DNA of 64,000 nt from an uncultured Chloroflexia bacterium. Its GTDB lineage: Bacteria > Chloroflexota > Limnocylindria > Limnocylindrales > CSP1-4. The notes beneath the pieces were generated by a model. It saw only the letters and a list, made by a program, of their open reading frames with translations, searched no databases and was not told where the DNA came from. Shown here piece after piece: positions 11,025 through 21,643 of the stretch; position 1 is the stretch's first letter, and each line of letters begins with the position of its first letter. The stretch spans positions 259,537 to 323,536 of the forward strand of contig CAVUWG010000003.1 in the NCBI GenBank assembly GCA_963745295.1, in the 5' to 3' direction. A program made the translations under genes and the position numbers.

Positions 11025-11864
11025 TCAGTGTCCGGTCCAGACCGGCGCGCGCTTGTCATTGAAGGCCGCCATCCCTTCGGCCTGATCGTCGCTGTCGAAG
11101 AGACCGAAGAACGTCTCGCGCTCCTCGGCCAGGCCCACGCTCAGTGGTTGCTCGGCCGCAGCCCGGACCGCGGCCTTGGCCGCGCGCACCGCCAGCGGCG
11201 GCATGCTGGCCACCTGCGCCGCCAGTTCGAGGGCGGCATCGAGGGTCGCCTCGGCCGGCACGACCCGCGTGATCAGACCCGCGATCTCCGCCTCGTGGGC
11301 GCGCATCGGCCGGCCGGTCAGGATCAGCTCCATGGCCCGGGCCTGACCGATGGCGCGGGTGAGTCGCTGCGTGCCGCCCGCGCCGGGCATGACGCCGAGC
11401 ATGATCTCGGGCTGGCCGAAGGTCGCATCGTCGCCGGCGACGATCATGTCGCAGGTCATCGCCAGCTCGCATCCCCCGCCAAGGGCGAACCCCCGGACCG
11501 CGGCGATCATCGGCGTCCGGATCCGGGACAGGCGATCCCATGCCGTGAAGCGACCCCCGGCGTGGAGCGACGCCGAGGACTGCGTGGCCAGCTCCTTGAT
11601 GTCGGCGCCGGCCGCGAAGGCCCGGTCACCCGCACCGGTCAGCACGATCGCCCCGCAGGCCGGATCGGCGTCCAGGGCCTCGAGGGCGTCGGCGAGGGCG
11701 TCGAGCAGGTCGAAGCTCAGCGCGTTGAGGGCGCGCGGGCGATCGAGGGTGACCAGGGCCACGCCGGCCAGCGTCTCGGCCGGCGCGGCGGAGACGGGCG
11801 CGGGCGAGGGGAACGCGACGCGGACGAGGCTCGCGCTCGGTTGGGTCGCGCCCGGATCGGTCAC
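11025..11864 (-). CDS. enoyl-CoA hydratase (PaaF/crotonase-like)
   Basis: ..VTLDRPRALNALS...IVLTGAGDRAFAAGADIKE...AAVRGFALGGGCELAMTCDMIVA...GGTQRL...AFNDKRAPVWTGH. GTG start overlaps the upstream stop (GTGA). Confidence 0.85.
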   Translation of the reverse strand: MTDPGATQPSASLVRVAFPSPAPVSAAPAETLAGVALVTLDRPRALNALSFDLLDALADALEALDADPACGAIVLTGAGDRAFAAGADIKELATQSSASLHAGGRFTAWDRLSRIRTPMIAAVRGFALGGGCELAMTCDMIVAGDDATFGQPEIMLGVMPGAGGTQRLTRAIGQARAMELILTGRPMRAHEAEIAGLITRVVPAEATLDAALELAAQVASMPPLAVRAAKAAVRAAAEQPLSVGLAEERETFFGLFDSDDQAEGMAAFNDKRAPVWTGH

Positions 11865-12238
11865 TCAGCGTCCTCCGTGGTGGTGTGGACAGTATCCACA
11901 CGCACGGAAGCCGAGTCGTCCATTTCGGGCGCGTCCTCGAGGACGAGGAGCGTCGAGAGGCCGGGCGCGATGTCGCGAAGGTTGCGGCCGGCCGCGCGCA
12001 TCGCGTCCGAGGCGAGGCCGGCGTCGAGGCTGGCCCGGTCGTCGAACGCCATCGCCGTGACCAGCACGAGGTCCGTCTCGCCACCGAGGGCCTCGATCAC
12101 GCGTCGCACGCGGGTCGAGCGCAGGCCGGGGGTCCCCGCGACGAGGGGCAGGTGCTCCGTCGCATAGCGACGCTCGAACTCGGCCAGGGCCTCCGGACCG
12201 CCATCCGGGCGTCGGAAGAGCGCGAGCAGCGTGGTCAT
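11861..12238 (-). CDS. EthD family protein
   Basis: MTTLLALFRRPDGGPEALAEFERRYATEHLPLVAGTPGLRSTRVRRV...VLVTAMAFDD. Small dimeric alpha-beta-barrel/EthD-like pattern. Start at the internal ATG 12238 of ORF 11861-12349. Confidence 0.65.
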   Translation of the reverse strand: MTTLLALFRRPDGGPEALAEFERRYATEHLPLVAGTPGLRSTRVRRVIEALGGETDLVLVTAMAFDDRASLDAGLASDAMRAAGRNLRDIAPGLSTLLVLEDAPEMDDSASVRVDTVHTTTEDAE

Positions 12239-12388
12239 CGAAACCCTCCGGATGATCGTCGTGGCCGCCGGCGTCCCTGACGGCGACCTGAGGGTACGCT
12301 CCCCGACGACGTGGAACCTGCACCACCGGTCGGTCCCGCTCCCCGTCACGCCCGCCCCGTAGCGGACACCGCGGCTATCCTCCGCGGC

Positions 12389-13297
12389 GTGATCACGTCA
12401 CGAGCGGCGCAGGACGTCGCCGACCTCCGACTGGCCGAATCGGTGCTGACGCGCGCATGGCTGGCGGATGCGCCCTTCGTGGCATCCCATCCGGGCGACC
12501 TCGAGTGGTGGTACGCATCGGCCGCCCCGGCCGCCCTGGCGGACCTCCTCCGGCTCTGGGACGTGGACGGGTCGCTGGCCGCCTGGAGCTGGACCCACGG
12601 GGGCCAGGTGCACTGGGAGATCTGGACGGGCGATCCGTCGACGGACGGACCGCTGCTCACGGCCATCCTCGAGGCCGCGATCGCCGAGTCCCCGGGCACG
12701 CTCCTCGCCTGGCTGACCGAGACGGACACCGCGACCCTCGAGGCCATCGCGCAATGCGGCTTCCGCCCGGCTGAGCGCCGCATGTCGCAGTTCCAGCGCC
12801 GCGTCGACGAGGAATCGCCGATCGTCGATGCGGACCTCCCGGATGGGTACCGCATCCGGAGCGTCCGCGGCCCCGCCGAGGTCGAGGATCGCATGGAGGT
12901 CCACCGCGCCGCGTTCGCGCCCTCGAAGATGACGGTCGAGAAGTACGAACGCCTGACGACGCTCCCCCACTATCGGTTCGAGGACGACCTCGTCGTCGAG
13001 GCGCCCGACGGATCCCTGGCGGCGTTCGCGATGGCCTGGTGGGACCCGGTCGCCCGGGTCGGCGAGTACGAACCCGTCGGCACGCACCCGGACCACCGAC
13101 GGCGCGGTCTCGGGCGGGCGCTCCTGTCCCACGGTCTCGGGCGGTACCGCGACCTCGGGGCGGGGCTCGTGCAGGTCTACTCGAACGCCGACAACGCGGC
13201 CTCAGAGGGTCTCTACCAGGCCGTCGGGTTCGAGCGTCGTCACTACGCCCGACAGTTCGAACGGCGGGCAGACCCGGATGTACGATCGGTGCCATGA
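12389..13297 (+). CDS. GNAT family N-acetyltransferase (two-lobed, mycothiol-synthase-like architecture)
   Basis: C-terminal lobe ..[39 protein letters not shown]...GFE carries the acetyl-CoA motif (RRRGLG). Start is uncertain: GTG 12389 chosen, and the ORF is open from GTG 12311. Confidence 0.75.
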   Translation: MITSRAAQDVADLRLAESVLTRAWLADAPFVASHPGDLEWWYASAAPAALADLLRLWDVDGSLAAWSWTHGGQVHWEIWTGDPSTDGPLLTAILEAAIAESPGTLLAWLTETDTATLEAIAQCGFRPAERRMSQFQRRVDEESPIVDADLPDGYRIRSVRGPAEVEDRMEVHRAAFAPSKMTVEKYERLTTLPHYRFEDDLVVEAPDGSLAAFAMAWWDPVARVGEYEPVGTHPDHRRRGLGRALLSHGLGRYRDLGAGLVQVYSNADNAASEGLYQAVGFERRHYARQFERRADPDVRSVP

Positions 13298-14707
13298 CCA
13301 CGACGAAGGCCGGCGAGCCACGGATCGAACGCGACTCGATGGGCGAGATGGAGGTGCCGGCCGACGCCCTGTACGGCGCCTCGACCCAGCGCGCGGTCCT
13401 GAACTTCCCGATCTCCGGCCAGCGCTTCCCTCGACGGTTCATCGCGGCACTGGCGCTGATCAAGCTTGCGGCGGCCGAAACGAACGCCGCTCTCGGACTC
13501 CTCGATCCCGATGTGGCCGCCGCGATCGCGGCCGCCGCCCGGGAGGTCGCCGACGGCACCCACGACGACCAGTTCCCGATCGACGTCTACCAGACGGGCT
13601 CGGGGACCTCGACCAACACGAACATGAACGAGGTCATCGCCAACCTCGCGGCCGAACGACTCGGCGACGGACGGACCGTTCACCCGAACGACGAGGTCAA
13701 CCGCTGCCAGAGCTCGAACGACGTGATCCCCACCGCGCTCCAGCTCTCGGCGGCGGTGGCGATCGAGGAGGCGCTGATCCCAGCGCTCGAATCGGCTCCA
13801 CACCGCGCTTGTCGCCAAGGAGCAGGAGCTCTGGCCGGTCGTCAAGACCGGCCGGACCCACCTGCAGGACGCGACGCCCATCCGGCTCGGCCAGGAGTTC
13901 CGCGGCTACGCCGGCCAGGTCGAGGAGTCGCTACGGCGGGCCAAGGCCGCCCAGGCCGAGCTCCTGTCGGTGCCGCTGGGTGGCACGGCCGTCGGCACCG
14001 GCATCAATGCCCATCCCGAGTACGCGTTCCGGGCCTGCGCCCGCCTGTCTGCCCTCACCGGCCTCGACGTCCGCGAGACCGACAACCACTTCCACGCCCA
14101 GGCATCGCTCGACGCCGCGATCGCCGCGCATGGCGCCATCCGGACGATCGCCCTGAGCCTCTGGAAGATCGCGAGCGACGTCCGGCTCATGGGCATGGGC
14201 CCGCGGGCCGGCATCGCGGAGATCGCCCTGCCGGAGACGCAGCCCGGGTCGAGCATCATGCCCGGCAAGGTGAACCCGGTGATCATCGAATCGCTGACGA
14301 TGGTCGTGGCGCGCGTGGTCGGCAACGACGCCACGGTCGCCTTCAGCCAGACGGGCTCGTTCCTCGAACTGAACGTCATGCTGCCCGTGACCGCGGTCAC
14401 ACTCCTCGAATCGATCGACCTGCTGTCGTCCGCGGCCTCGAACTTCAGCGCCCGGGCGATCGAGGGACTCACCGCGACGGACCGAGGGCCGGCGCTCGTC
14501 GAGCAGGGCCTGATGCTGGCGACGGCCCTGGCGCCGGTCATCGGCTACGACGAGGCGGCCAAGCTCGCCAAGGAGGCGTTCAAGAGCGGGCGCACGATCC
14601 GTGAGCTGGCGCTCGAGCGGGGCATGGATCCGGCCGAGCTCGATCGCCTGCTCGATCCGGCGACCATGACCGAGCCCGGTCTCGGCGGCGGACCCGGCGG
14701 CGGCTGA
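13294..14707 (+). pseudogene. fumC: class II fumarate hydratase, one frameshift as sequenced
   Basis: N-terminal part: [34 protein letters not shown]...[16 protein letters not shown]...SSNDVIPTA in the frame of 13294. After a junction near 13790 (..LIPALE|[54 protein letters not shown]..) it continues in the frame of ORF 13970-14707. ATGA overlap with the GNAT stop. Confidence 0.9.
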
Positions 14708-14736
14708 CGCGCCGCGGCGGCTGACGCCCGCCCTTC

Positions 14737-15409
14737 TCAGGAGGCGGACCCGGTCGGTTCTGTCCCCGTCGCCCGTTCGATCCACAGCAGGATCCCGATC
14801 GCGGTCCAGGCCGTCCCGAAGACCAGCCAGCCCGCCGACCACGGGACCAGCATCGCGAGGCCGCTCGCGGTCACGAGACCGCCGACCGTCGTATCCCCCG
14901 CCATGACCGCGGCCGCCCCGACGAGCGTCGTCCCGACGATCGCCACGGTCTGCGCGGCGGCGAGTGCCGGGCCGTCGGCCCACCCGAGTGCGGTCGCTGC
15001 CAGCAGCGCGATCCACGCGACGATAGCCCGCGATCGCGATGGCCGAGGTCACCCGTGCGACCGCCGCGCCGCCGTCCCCCGAGCGAAGCGCACAACCGAC
15101 GACCGCGACCGCCAGGAAGGCGACCGCGAGCATGGCCGCCGGCACGACCTCCATGAGATAGCCCGGCCAGTCCGGCGGAGCCGGCTGGAGGAGGACCCCC
15201 GCCGCCACGACCGTCCACAGGCCGCCACCGGCGATCGCGGCCAGCGCCGGGATCCGGGACGGGGTCGGCGGGTGGAGCCAGGCGTCGAGCGCTCCGCGGA
15301 CCAGGTCCAGGCGGTCCCGCGCGCTCGCGGGTCGCGCTTCGAGGAGGGCGGTCATCTCATCGCCGTATCGGGCGCGCCACGCACCCGGGTAGAGCCGCAG
15401 GATCCTCAC
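14737..15409 (-). pseudogene. hypothetical membrane protein of the PadR operon, one frameshift as sequenced
   Basis: GTG 15409 overlaps the Rieske stop (GTGA). Reads VRILRLYPGAWRARYGDEMTALLEARP... then TM segments. Junction near 15025 (..AIAIAGY|VAWIALLAATALGW..), continuing into the ORF 14737-14946 frame. Confidence 0.5.
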
Positions 15410-15972
15410 CTGACGCAGCCGTTCTCGACGCGCGGCCCGATGATCCCGGGCTCGCCAAGGGCGATCGGCAACGGCCCAAGGGTGATGTGGGTCGTGTCGA
15501 TGGTCAGGACGCCGTCCCCATCGACCTCGATCGCGTACCGGTCCATCCCGCGCGAGGCCGGCCCGAATCGCTCGCCGGCCGCCTTGATGCCCAGGCGGTC
15601 GTAGCGCGACTGGTGGCACGGGCAGCGGAACCAGTAGTCCTCGATGCAGGGGTTCGGCCGGCAGCCCAGGTGCGGGCAGCGCTGCGAGAGGACGCGGACG
15701 TTGAGTGCCGATCCGTCGCCGGTCGGATCGACGCCGGGCTGCCAGCTGCCGCGACCCGGGTCGACCAGGATCACGAAGGCACGTGCCGCCTGGACGTAGG
15801 CCGGGAACCCGTCGAGGATCGGCAGCCCCGGGTTGGCCGCCATGAGGTCGGCCAGCGTCCCGACGCGGACCCGCGGCGCCACCGCGCCGATCGCCGTCCA
15901 CGCGAAGGCCAGCGTCCCGCCGAGGATCTCGGTCAGCCAGACCGCGATGCCCGCCGCGGCGCCGCGGCGCAA
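15406..15972 (-). CDS. Rieske (2Fe-2S) domain protein with N-terminal TM helix
   Basis: CPHLGC...17 aa...CPCHQSRY gives the Rieske CxH/CxxH boxes. N-terminal hydrophobic segment IAVWLTEILGGTLAFAWTAIGAV. TTG start as given by the ORF track. Confidence 0.8.
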   Translation of the reverse strand: MRRGAAAGIAVWLTEILGGTLAFAWTAIGAVAPRVRVGTLADLMAANPGLPILDGFPAYVQAARAFVILVDPGRGSWQPGVDPTGDGSALNVRVLSQRCPHLGCRPNPCIEDYWFRCPCHQSRYDRLGIKAAGERFGPASRGMDRYAIEVDGDGVLTIDTTHITLGPLPIALGEPGIIGPRVENGCVR

Positions 15973-16121
15973 GCAGCTGGCGCCTCGACAGCCCGGCGAT
16001 CGACCCCGGCGCGACGGGTCCGCAACGCTGGTCCGGGCAGCGCCTCCACGACCGGCCGCGGGTACTGCGGCTGCGACATGCCGTCCTGCCGTCGCTCAGT
16101 CGACGTCGGTGCGGTGGGTGG

Positions 16122-16445
16122 TCACGAGTCGGCCTGGCGCAGGCGCTCGAGCGCGGTGCGCGTGAACCCCTGCATGTGCTCGAGCTGCGTCCGCAGCGTC
16201 GTCGCACCGAGGCTCGTCAGGCGGTACGGTCGGCGGCGCTCCTCCGGCTCGAGGGCCTCGATCAGGCCGCGACGCTCGAGTCGGGACAGCGCGCCGTACA
16301 GCGTCCCGGGGCCGAGTGGCGATCCCGAGATGCCCTCGACATCGGCCATGATCGCGTAGCCATGCTTCGGCCCATCGCTCAGCGACATCAGGATGTACAG
16401 GGACGGCTCGGCGAACCGGCCGAGGTCGGGCATCTCGTCGCGCAT
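16122..16445 (-). CDS. PadR family transcriptional regulator
   Basis: MRDEMPDLGRFAEPSLYILMSLSDGPKHGYAIMADVEGISG..LGPGTLYGALSRLERRGLIE...RRRPYRLT. Winged-helix PadR signature. Start at the internal ATG 16445. Confidence 0.85.
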   Translation of the reverse strand: MRDEMPDLGRFAEPSLYILMSLSDGPKHGYAIMADVEGISGSPLGPGTLYGALSRLERRGLIEALEPEERRRPYRLTSLGATTLRTQLEHMQGFTRTALERLRQADS

Positions 16446-16472
16446 CGCGGGTCTCCGATATGACGTACGGTG

Positions 16473-16495
16473 ATATATCGCAAGACGATATATAC
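16473..16495. promoter_or_regulatory. AT-rich inverted repeat in the padR / 16592-gene divergent spacer (candidate PadR operator)
   Basis: GATATATCG-caaga-CGATATATA, with 8-nt arms ATATATCG/CGATATAT exact. It is the only AT-rich patch in the 146-nt divergent intergenic region, 28 nt upstream of the padR ATG. Confidence 0.4.
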
Positions 16496-16591
16496 GCGTC
16501 GTGGCCCGGTCTGTCAAGGCGCGGTGTGACCGCGCCGGCGGCGGCTGAGGCCCAGCCCGAGACCACCCGCGAGGCTGCTACGATCGGGGCG

Positions 16592-17376
16592 ATGACCTCG
16601 ACGCATGCCTGGGACCGCGCCGCCGCCCTGCCCGTTCCGGCCGACGGCCTGCGGCGACCCGAAGTCGTGGTCCTCCCGGCCGGTCTCCCGATCCGTGGCG
16701 GAGCTGTTCACGTTCATGCGCGACGCTGAGCTTCGCTTCGCCACGCTGCGGATGCGCATCGCCGACACGTCCCGCACCGCGCGTGGCGAGGAGGTCACGA
16801 ACCTCGAGGTCAGCCTCCGCCATCCGGGCCATGCCAAGGTCACGACGAGCCAGGCGGGCCGCGAGGTCGGCGGCGACTACGACATCTGGATCTCCGACGG
16901 CGATCTCGTGCGGACGTATGCGGGCGCCCACAAGCTCGGCACGCAACGACCGATCCGCAACCGGCCACGCGGTCTCGACGACAACGACCTGCCGGGCTTC
17001 GCGCAGGTCTACGAGCCCGTGACCCTGCTGCCGAACGAGACCCTGCCGGACACCTTCGTCCACCCCGGCGGCTTCTGCCAGAACGTGTTGTCGACCGGCC
17101 GCTGCACGGTCACGGGCACGGCCGTGGCGATCGGGCGCGAGGCGATCACGCTCGTCTGCGAGCATCCGCGAACGACCGAGCTCGCCGGCGACCGCCCGGA
17201 CTACCGGTTGCATCTCACGGTCGATCGCGCGACCGGCGTCATCCTTCGGCTCGTCGAGTCGATCGGCGACGACGTCAGCCGCGACGCCGAGGTGGTGCGT
17301 CCTCGACCCGGACGCGCCGCTGCCGCCGTCGGCGTTCGAGTTCGTCTTCCCGTCCGGGACGACGATGCTCTACTGA
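16592..17376 (+). pseudogene. hypothetical protein (LolA-fold-like ending), two frameshifts as sequenced
   Basis: ATG 16592 MTSTHAWDRAAALPVPADGLRRPEVVVLPAGLP. It then shifts into the ORF 16605-17414 frame (..SVAELFTFMRDAELRFATLRMRI...). It shifts again near 17295 to VLDPDAPLPPSAFEFVFPSGTTMLY-stop (TGA 17374-17376). Family assignment is tentative. Confidence 0.45.
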
Positions 17377-17696
17377 GTCCGGGGGCTTCCAGAGGCTTCC
17401 GGCGAGCCGTATAGTCCGCGCACGCGTGAGGCCGTGGTGCCACCCCGCTCGCAGGTGCCACGATCCCCAGACCCACGCGGTGGGAAGGAGGGCCAGCGGA
17501 CCGACCCGGCGTTCGGCACCGCCGTCGCCCACGCGGCCGCCCAAGGCCGCCAGCGCGTCCCCGTCATCACCTTCGAGTCCCCGCCTGAGCGTGCGGCGCC
17601 CCGACCCGGCCGCTGCCGCCGCTTCCAGCCCGACCGGGAGGGAGGTCGGTCACCGGTTCGTCCGATGGCGAGCCGTCATCGAGTGAGGGAGTACCG

Positions 17697-19380
17697 ATGA
17701 CCCAGCCACGATCTCGCGAAGACGTCATCCAGCAGGACGTCGCCGACCTGCACAAGCTGGGCTACGCGCAGGAGCTGTTCCGCTCGATGGGCGGCTTCAG
17801 CAACTTCGCGATCAGCTTCTCGATCATCAGCATCCTGACCGGCGCGGTCATCCTGTACGACTACGGTCTGGCCTGGGCCGGCACCGCCGCCGTGATGATC
17901 GGCTGGCCGCTCATCACGGTCTTCGTCCTCGCTGATCGCCGCGTCGATGGCGGAGATCGCCTCCGCCTACCCGACCGCCGGCGGCCTGTACTACTGGGCC
18001 AGCCGGATGAAGAACAAGAACTGGGGCTGGTGGACGGCCTGGCTCAACCTGATCGGCCAGTTCGCCATCGTCGCCGGCATCAACTTCGCGGCCGCCGCGT
18101 TCCTCAACGCCACGATCATCACGCCGCTCCTCGACCGACATCGGGATCGCCTACGACAACACGACGCTCGTGTTCGGGGCTGAGCTTCCTGACCGGCCAG
18201 CTCGTCACGATGGGCATCCTGATGCTCATCGAGCTCGCGATGAACATCGCCGGGATCAACCTGGTCGCGCTGCTCAACCAGGTCAGCGTCTGGTGGCACA
18301 TCGTCATCGTCGCGGCCGTCGTCGTCCTGGTCTTCGCTCGCCGGCAAGCCGGACGAGTCCGGGCTGACCCTGTTCGCGATCCAGCCGCAGGACGTCGCCG
18401 GGAGCTGGAACAACAACCTCGGCGTCGTCAACCTCGCAGTACGGGCCCGCGATCAGCTACCCGCTGATCCTCGCGTTCTTCTTCTCGCTCCTCCAGGCGA
18501 ACTGGACGTACACCGGCTACGACGCGTCGGCCCACGTCGCCGAGGAGACGGTCGGTGCTCGCGTCGCGAGCGCGTGGGGCCTCTTCCTGTCGGTCGCGGT
18601 CAGCGCGGTCGTCGGGTTCATCTTCCTGTTCGCGCTCTCGACCCACCTGCCGAACCTGTCGACGCTCTTCCCGCCAGTCCTCGACGACACGACGCTGCCG
18701 GCCGCGAGCCAGTACTACTTCGGTGGCGGCGTCGCGGTCATCGAGATCCTCGAGCACAACCTCGGTCGACTCGGCGACGTCCTGGCGGCCGGCATCGCGA
18801 TCGCCATGGCGTTCTGCGGCCTGTCGTCGGTCGCCTCCGCCGGCCGGATGCTGTACGCCTTCAGCCGCGACGACGGCGTGCCCGGATCGGGCTGGCTCAA
18901 GAAGGTCTCGCATCGATACCGCACGCCGGCCAACTCGCTGACCGCGATCGTCGTGATCGTCGTGGCTGTTCACCGTCGCGGCGGGCGTCGTCGGCGGCGG
19001 CACCGCGATCGTGATCGTGACCGCGATCAGCACGATCTTCCTGTACGCCGCGTACGGCATCTGCATCTACCTCGGGGCGACGACCCAGGACTGGCTCGAC
19101 GAGCGCGTCTGGAGCCTCGGCCGCTGGTCGAAGCCGATCGCCTGGATCGCCGTCTTCTGGGTCATCGTCCTGATGGTCCTGTTCAGCTTCCCGACGTCGG
19201 GCAACATCAGCTTCCCGTTCATGGTCGATCACCGTGCTGTTCCTGCGTCGTCTACTACTTCGGCTGGGCGCGACGGACCTTCAAGGGTCCACGCGTCCAT
19301 GGGCGACGCGCGCCGAGCTCACCGAGATCGAGCGCGAGTTCGAGCAGGCCGCCGAGGAGGTCGGCGGCCGTCGAGCCTGA
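17697..19380 (+). pseudogene. APC-superfamily amino acid/amine permease, about 9 frameshifts as sequenced
   Basis: Stitched across three frames it reads as one continuous 12-TM-type permease. Segments include MTQPRSREDVIQQDVADLHKLGYAQELFRSMGGFSNFAISFSIISILTG..., LIAASMAEIASAYPTAGGLYYWAS, WTYTGYDASAHVAEET, GRMLYAFSRDDGVPGSGWLKKVSHRYRTP, YYFGWARRTFKGP and ELTEIEREFEQAAEEV-stop at 19380. Junctions are near 17930, 18135, 18180, 18345, 18445, 18965, 19225, 19245 and 19310. Confidence 0.8.
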
Positions 19381-19465
19381 CGCCACGCGCACCGACACGA
19401 CCGAGGGCCGGCCGGCACCGCCGGCCGGCCCTCCGACCATCGAAGCGACTCGAGCGAGGGACACG

Positions 19466-20873
19466 ATGAGCGACCACGACGCCCACGCGACGAAGCACCC
19501 ACGACTCATCGAGCTCGAGGAGATGGTCCGCGACGGCCAGATCGACACGATCGTCGTCGCCATCACCGACATGCAGGGCCGGCTCATGGGCAAGCGCGTC
19601 CAGGGCCAGGCGTTCCTCGACGGCGTCATCTCCCACGGCGCCCACTTCTGCACGTACCTGCTGGGCACGGACATGGAGATGAACACGCCCGAGGGCTACA
19701 AGCTGATGAACTGGGAGACCGGCTACGGCGACTGGATCGCCGAGCCGGTCTGGGACCAGCTGCGGGTCCTGCCCTGGCTGCCGGGCACCGCCATGGTCCT
19801 CGCCGACGCCGTCGACGAGGAGACCGGCGACGGAGATCCCGATCGCGCCGCGGACCATCCTCAAGCGCCAGGTCGCGCGGGCCGCGAAGGCCGGCTACGC
19901 GCTGAAGGCCGGCTCCGAGTTCGAGTTCTACGTGCTCAAGGACTCGTGGGAGGACCTCGCCGAGCGTGGCTGGCCGGTCCCGCGCACGTTCGGCCACTAC
20001 AACGAGGACTACCACCTCCTCCAGGCGACCAAGGCCGAGCCGCTCCATCGCCTGCTGCGCAACCAGATGACGGCCGCCGACGTGCCGATCGAGTTCAGCA
20101 AGGGCGAGGCGGCCAACGGCCAGCACGAGGTCAACATCCGCTACGACCACGTCCTCGAGTCGGCCGACCGGAGCGTCGTCTTCAAGCACGGGGCCAAGGA
20201 GATCGCCTACCTCAACGGCTGGGGCATCACGTTCATGGCCAAGCCGGACCACCGCTGGACCGGCTCGTCGGGCCACCTCCACATGAGCCTGTGGGATCTC
20301 AGGAAGGACGTCCCGCTGATGTTCGACGCCGGACGCCAAGAAGGCCGGCCCGTACGGGCTGTCGAGTGCTGGGCCAGCACTTCGTGGCCGGGATGATGGA
20401 GCTGTCGCGCGAGCTGGCCGTGTTCATCGCGCCGTTCATCAACTCGTACAAGCGCTACGCGTCGCTGTCGTGGGCGCCGGTCAACGTCGTCTGGGGTCGC
20501 GACAACCGGACGACCGGCTTCCGCGTCGTCGGGCCGCGGCCCGGCGCTCCACGTCGAGGACCGCTTCCCGGGCGGCGACATGAACGCCTATCTGACCTAC
20601 GCCGCGATGATGGGCGCCGGGCTCTACGGCATCGAGCACGAGCTGCCGCTCGACCCCGAGTTCAAGGGCAACGGCTACCTCGCGACGGGCGTTTCGCGGA
20701 TGCCGCGCGCCCTGTACGAGGCGATCTGGGAGCTCGAGCGGTCCGAGGCCGCGGTCGAGATCTTCGGCCAGGACGTCGTCGACCACTACCTCAACGCGGC
20801 GCGCGTGGAGCAGGAGACGTACGACTCCGTGGTCCATGCGTGGGACCGCGAGCGCTACCTCGAGCGCGGCTGA
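19466..20873 (+). pseudogene. glutamine synthetase family protein (GlnA-like gamma-glutamyl ligase), 4 frameshifts as sequenced
   Basis: Segments read MSDHDAHATKHPRLIELEEMVRDGQIDTIVVAITDMQGRLMGKR..., GSEFEFYVLKD, EFSKGEAANGQHEVNIRY, GSSGHLHMSLW, FINSYKRY..WGRDNRTTGFRV, HVEDRFPGGDMNAYL and DRERYLERG. Junctions are near 19838, 20330, 20365 and 20532. Confidence 0.85.
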
Positions 20874-20897
20874 TCGCCGGCCGTCGAGCCGGCTGGG

Positions 20898-21629
20898 TCA
20901 CGTCGCCGCGGCGACCTCGCGGATCCGGCTCGCAAGGTCCGGATGACCGGCGGCATCTGCCGTCTCGGCGGGTGTCTTGTCATCGTCCGAGCGTGCGAGC
21001 GGGTCGGCGCCGGCCGAGAGGAAGAGTTCGGCCAGCTCCACGTCGCCGGCCTGCGCCGCCTCATGGAGCGGGGTGTACCCGCCGTGCTGGGTCGCGTTCA
21101 CGTCGGCGCCGGCCGCCAGCAGGATCCGGCACACCTCGAGATGGCGACCGGCCGCGGCCGCATGGAGTGGCTGGTTGGCGAACTCGTTCTGCGTGTAGAC
21201 ATCCACGCTCGCGCCCGATTCGATGAGGATGCGGGCCACATCGGCCTTGCCGAAGAACCCGGCGTAGTGAAGCGCCGTGAACCCGTCCGACGAGAACGAC
21301 GTGGCGCGACCTGGATCCTCCTCCAAGCGCTCGCGCAGCCGATCGACGTACCCGAGCGCGGTCGCCTCGAAGACGTCAAGGTCCGGGTCGGCGGCCAGCA
21401 GGGCATCGGTGACGGGACGGGCGAACCGGTAGCGCGAGAGCATGATCGCGGAGACGCCATGCTCGTCCCGGGCGCTCGCCAGCACCGGGTCATCAGCGAT
21501 CAGGGCGGCGACGCGGTCCGCGTCGTCGGCGTTGACGGCCGCGATGAGGTCGGTGGTGGTCGCGGGATCTGCACTCACGGGATGGCTCCGGGTGTCGGCG
21601 ACGGACTCGACAATGATTAGTTGCTGCAA
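20898..21629 (-). CDS. ankyrin repeat protein
   Basis: Several ANK units: GFTALHYAGFFGKADVARILIESGASVD, NQPLHAAAAGRHLEVCRILLAAGADVN and GYTPLHEAAQAGDVELAELFLSAGADP. The true start may be a downstream GTG (VSADPATTT..., near 21578). Confidence 0.8.
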   Translation of the reverse strand: MQQLIIVESVADTRSHPVSADPATTTDLIAAVNADDADRVAALIADDPVLASARDEHGVSAIMLSRYRFARPVTDALLAADPDLDVFEATALGYVDRLRERLEEDPGRATSFSSDGFTALHYAGFFGKADVARILIESGASVDVYTQNEFANQPLHAAAAGRHLEVCRILLAAGADVNATQHGGYTPLHEAAQAGDVELAELFLSAGADPLARSDDDKTPAETADAAGHPDLASRIREVAAAT

Positions 21630-21634
21630 CTAAT
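21616..21634. promoter_or_regulatory. perfect 9-1-9 palindrome between the ankyrin and marR genes (candidate MarR operator)
   Basis: ATTAGTTGC-T-GCAACTAAT, inside a low-GC patch 10 nt upstream of the marR start (21644). Confidence 0.5.
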
Positions 21635-21643
21635 ATACGGCCT

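Noticed and set aside
13931-16207. 758-aa minus-strand ORF spanning the fumC 3' end, the Rieske gene and padR. Similar giant ORFs occur at 54737-57742 (1001 aa), 45975-48326, 43275-45356, 31683-33605, 34303-36147, 53415-55622 and 28971-30842.
   Set aside because: These are high-GC shadow ORFs. Their translations are monotonous Arg/Pro/Gly/Asp/Ala strings without motifs. They lie antisense or out of frame to genes with clear family signatures. Only short in-frame segments are real, such as the 15409 membrane-gene N-terminus, the mttB N-terminus and purE.
17377-17696. 320-nt leader upstream of the permease, with strings reminiscent of a cobalamin riboswitch B12 box (GGCCAGCGGACCGACC, GGTGGGAAGG)
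   Set aside because: Only the 3' elements resemble the consensus, with several mismatches. The GGGAA..GGTG..AA..CC 5' core is missing. I cannot support an RNA call without a covariance-model search (RF00174).
18806-21226. 806-aa ORF that looks like a permease-glutamine synthetase fusion
   Set aside because: It is an artefact of frame junctions. This frame carries alternating real segments of the permease and the GS-like gene, joined by out-of-frame filler. The permease has its own stop (19380) and the ligase its own ATG (19466).
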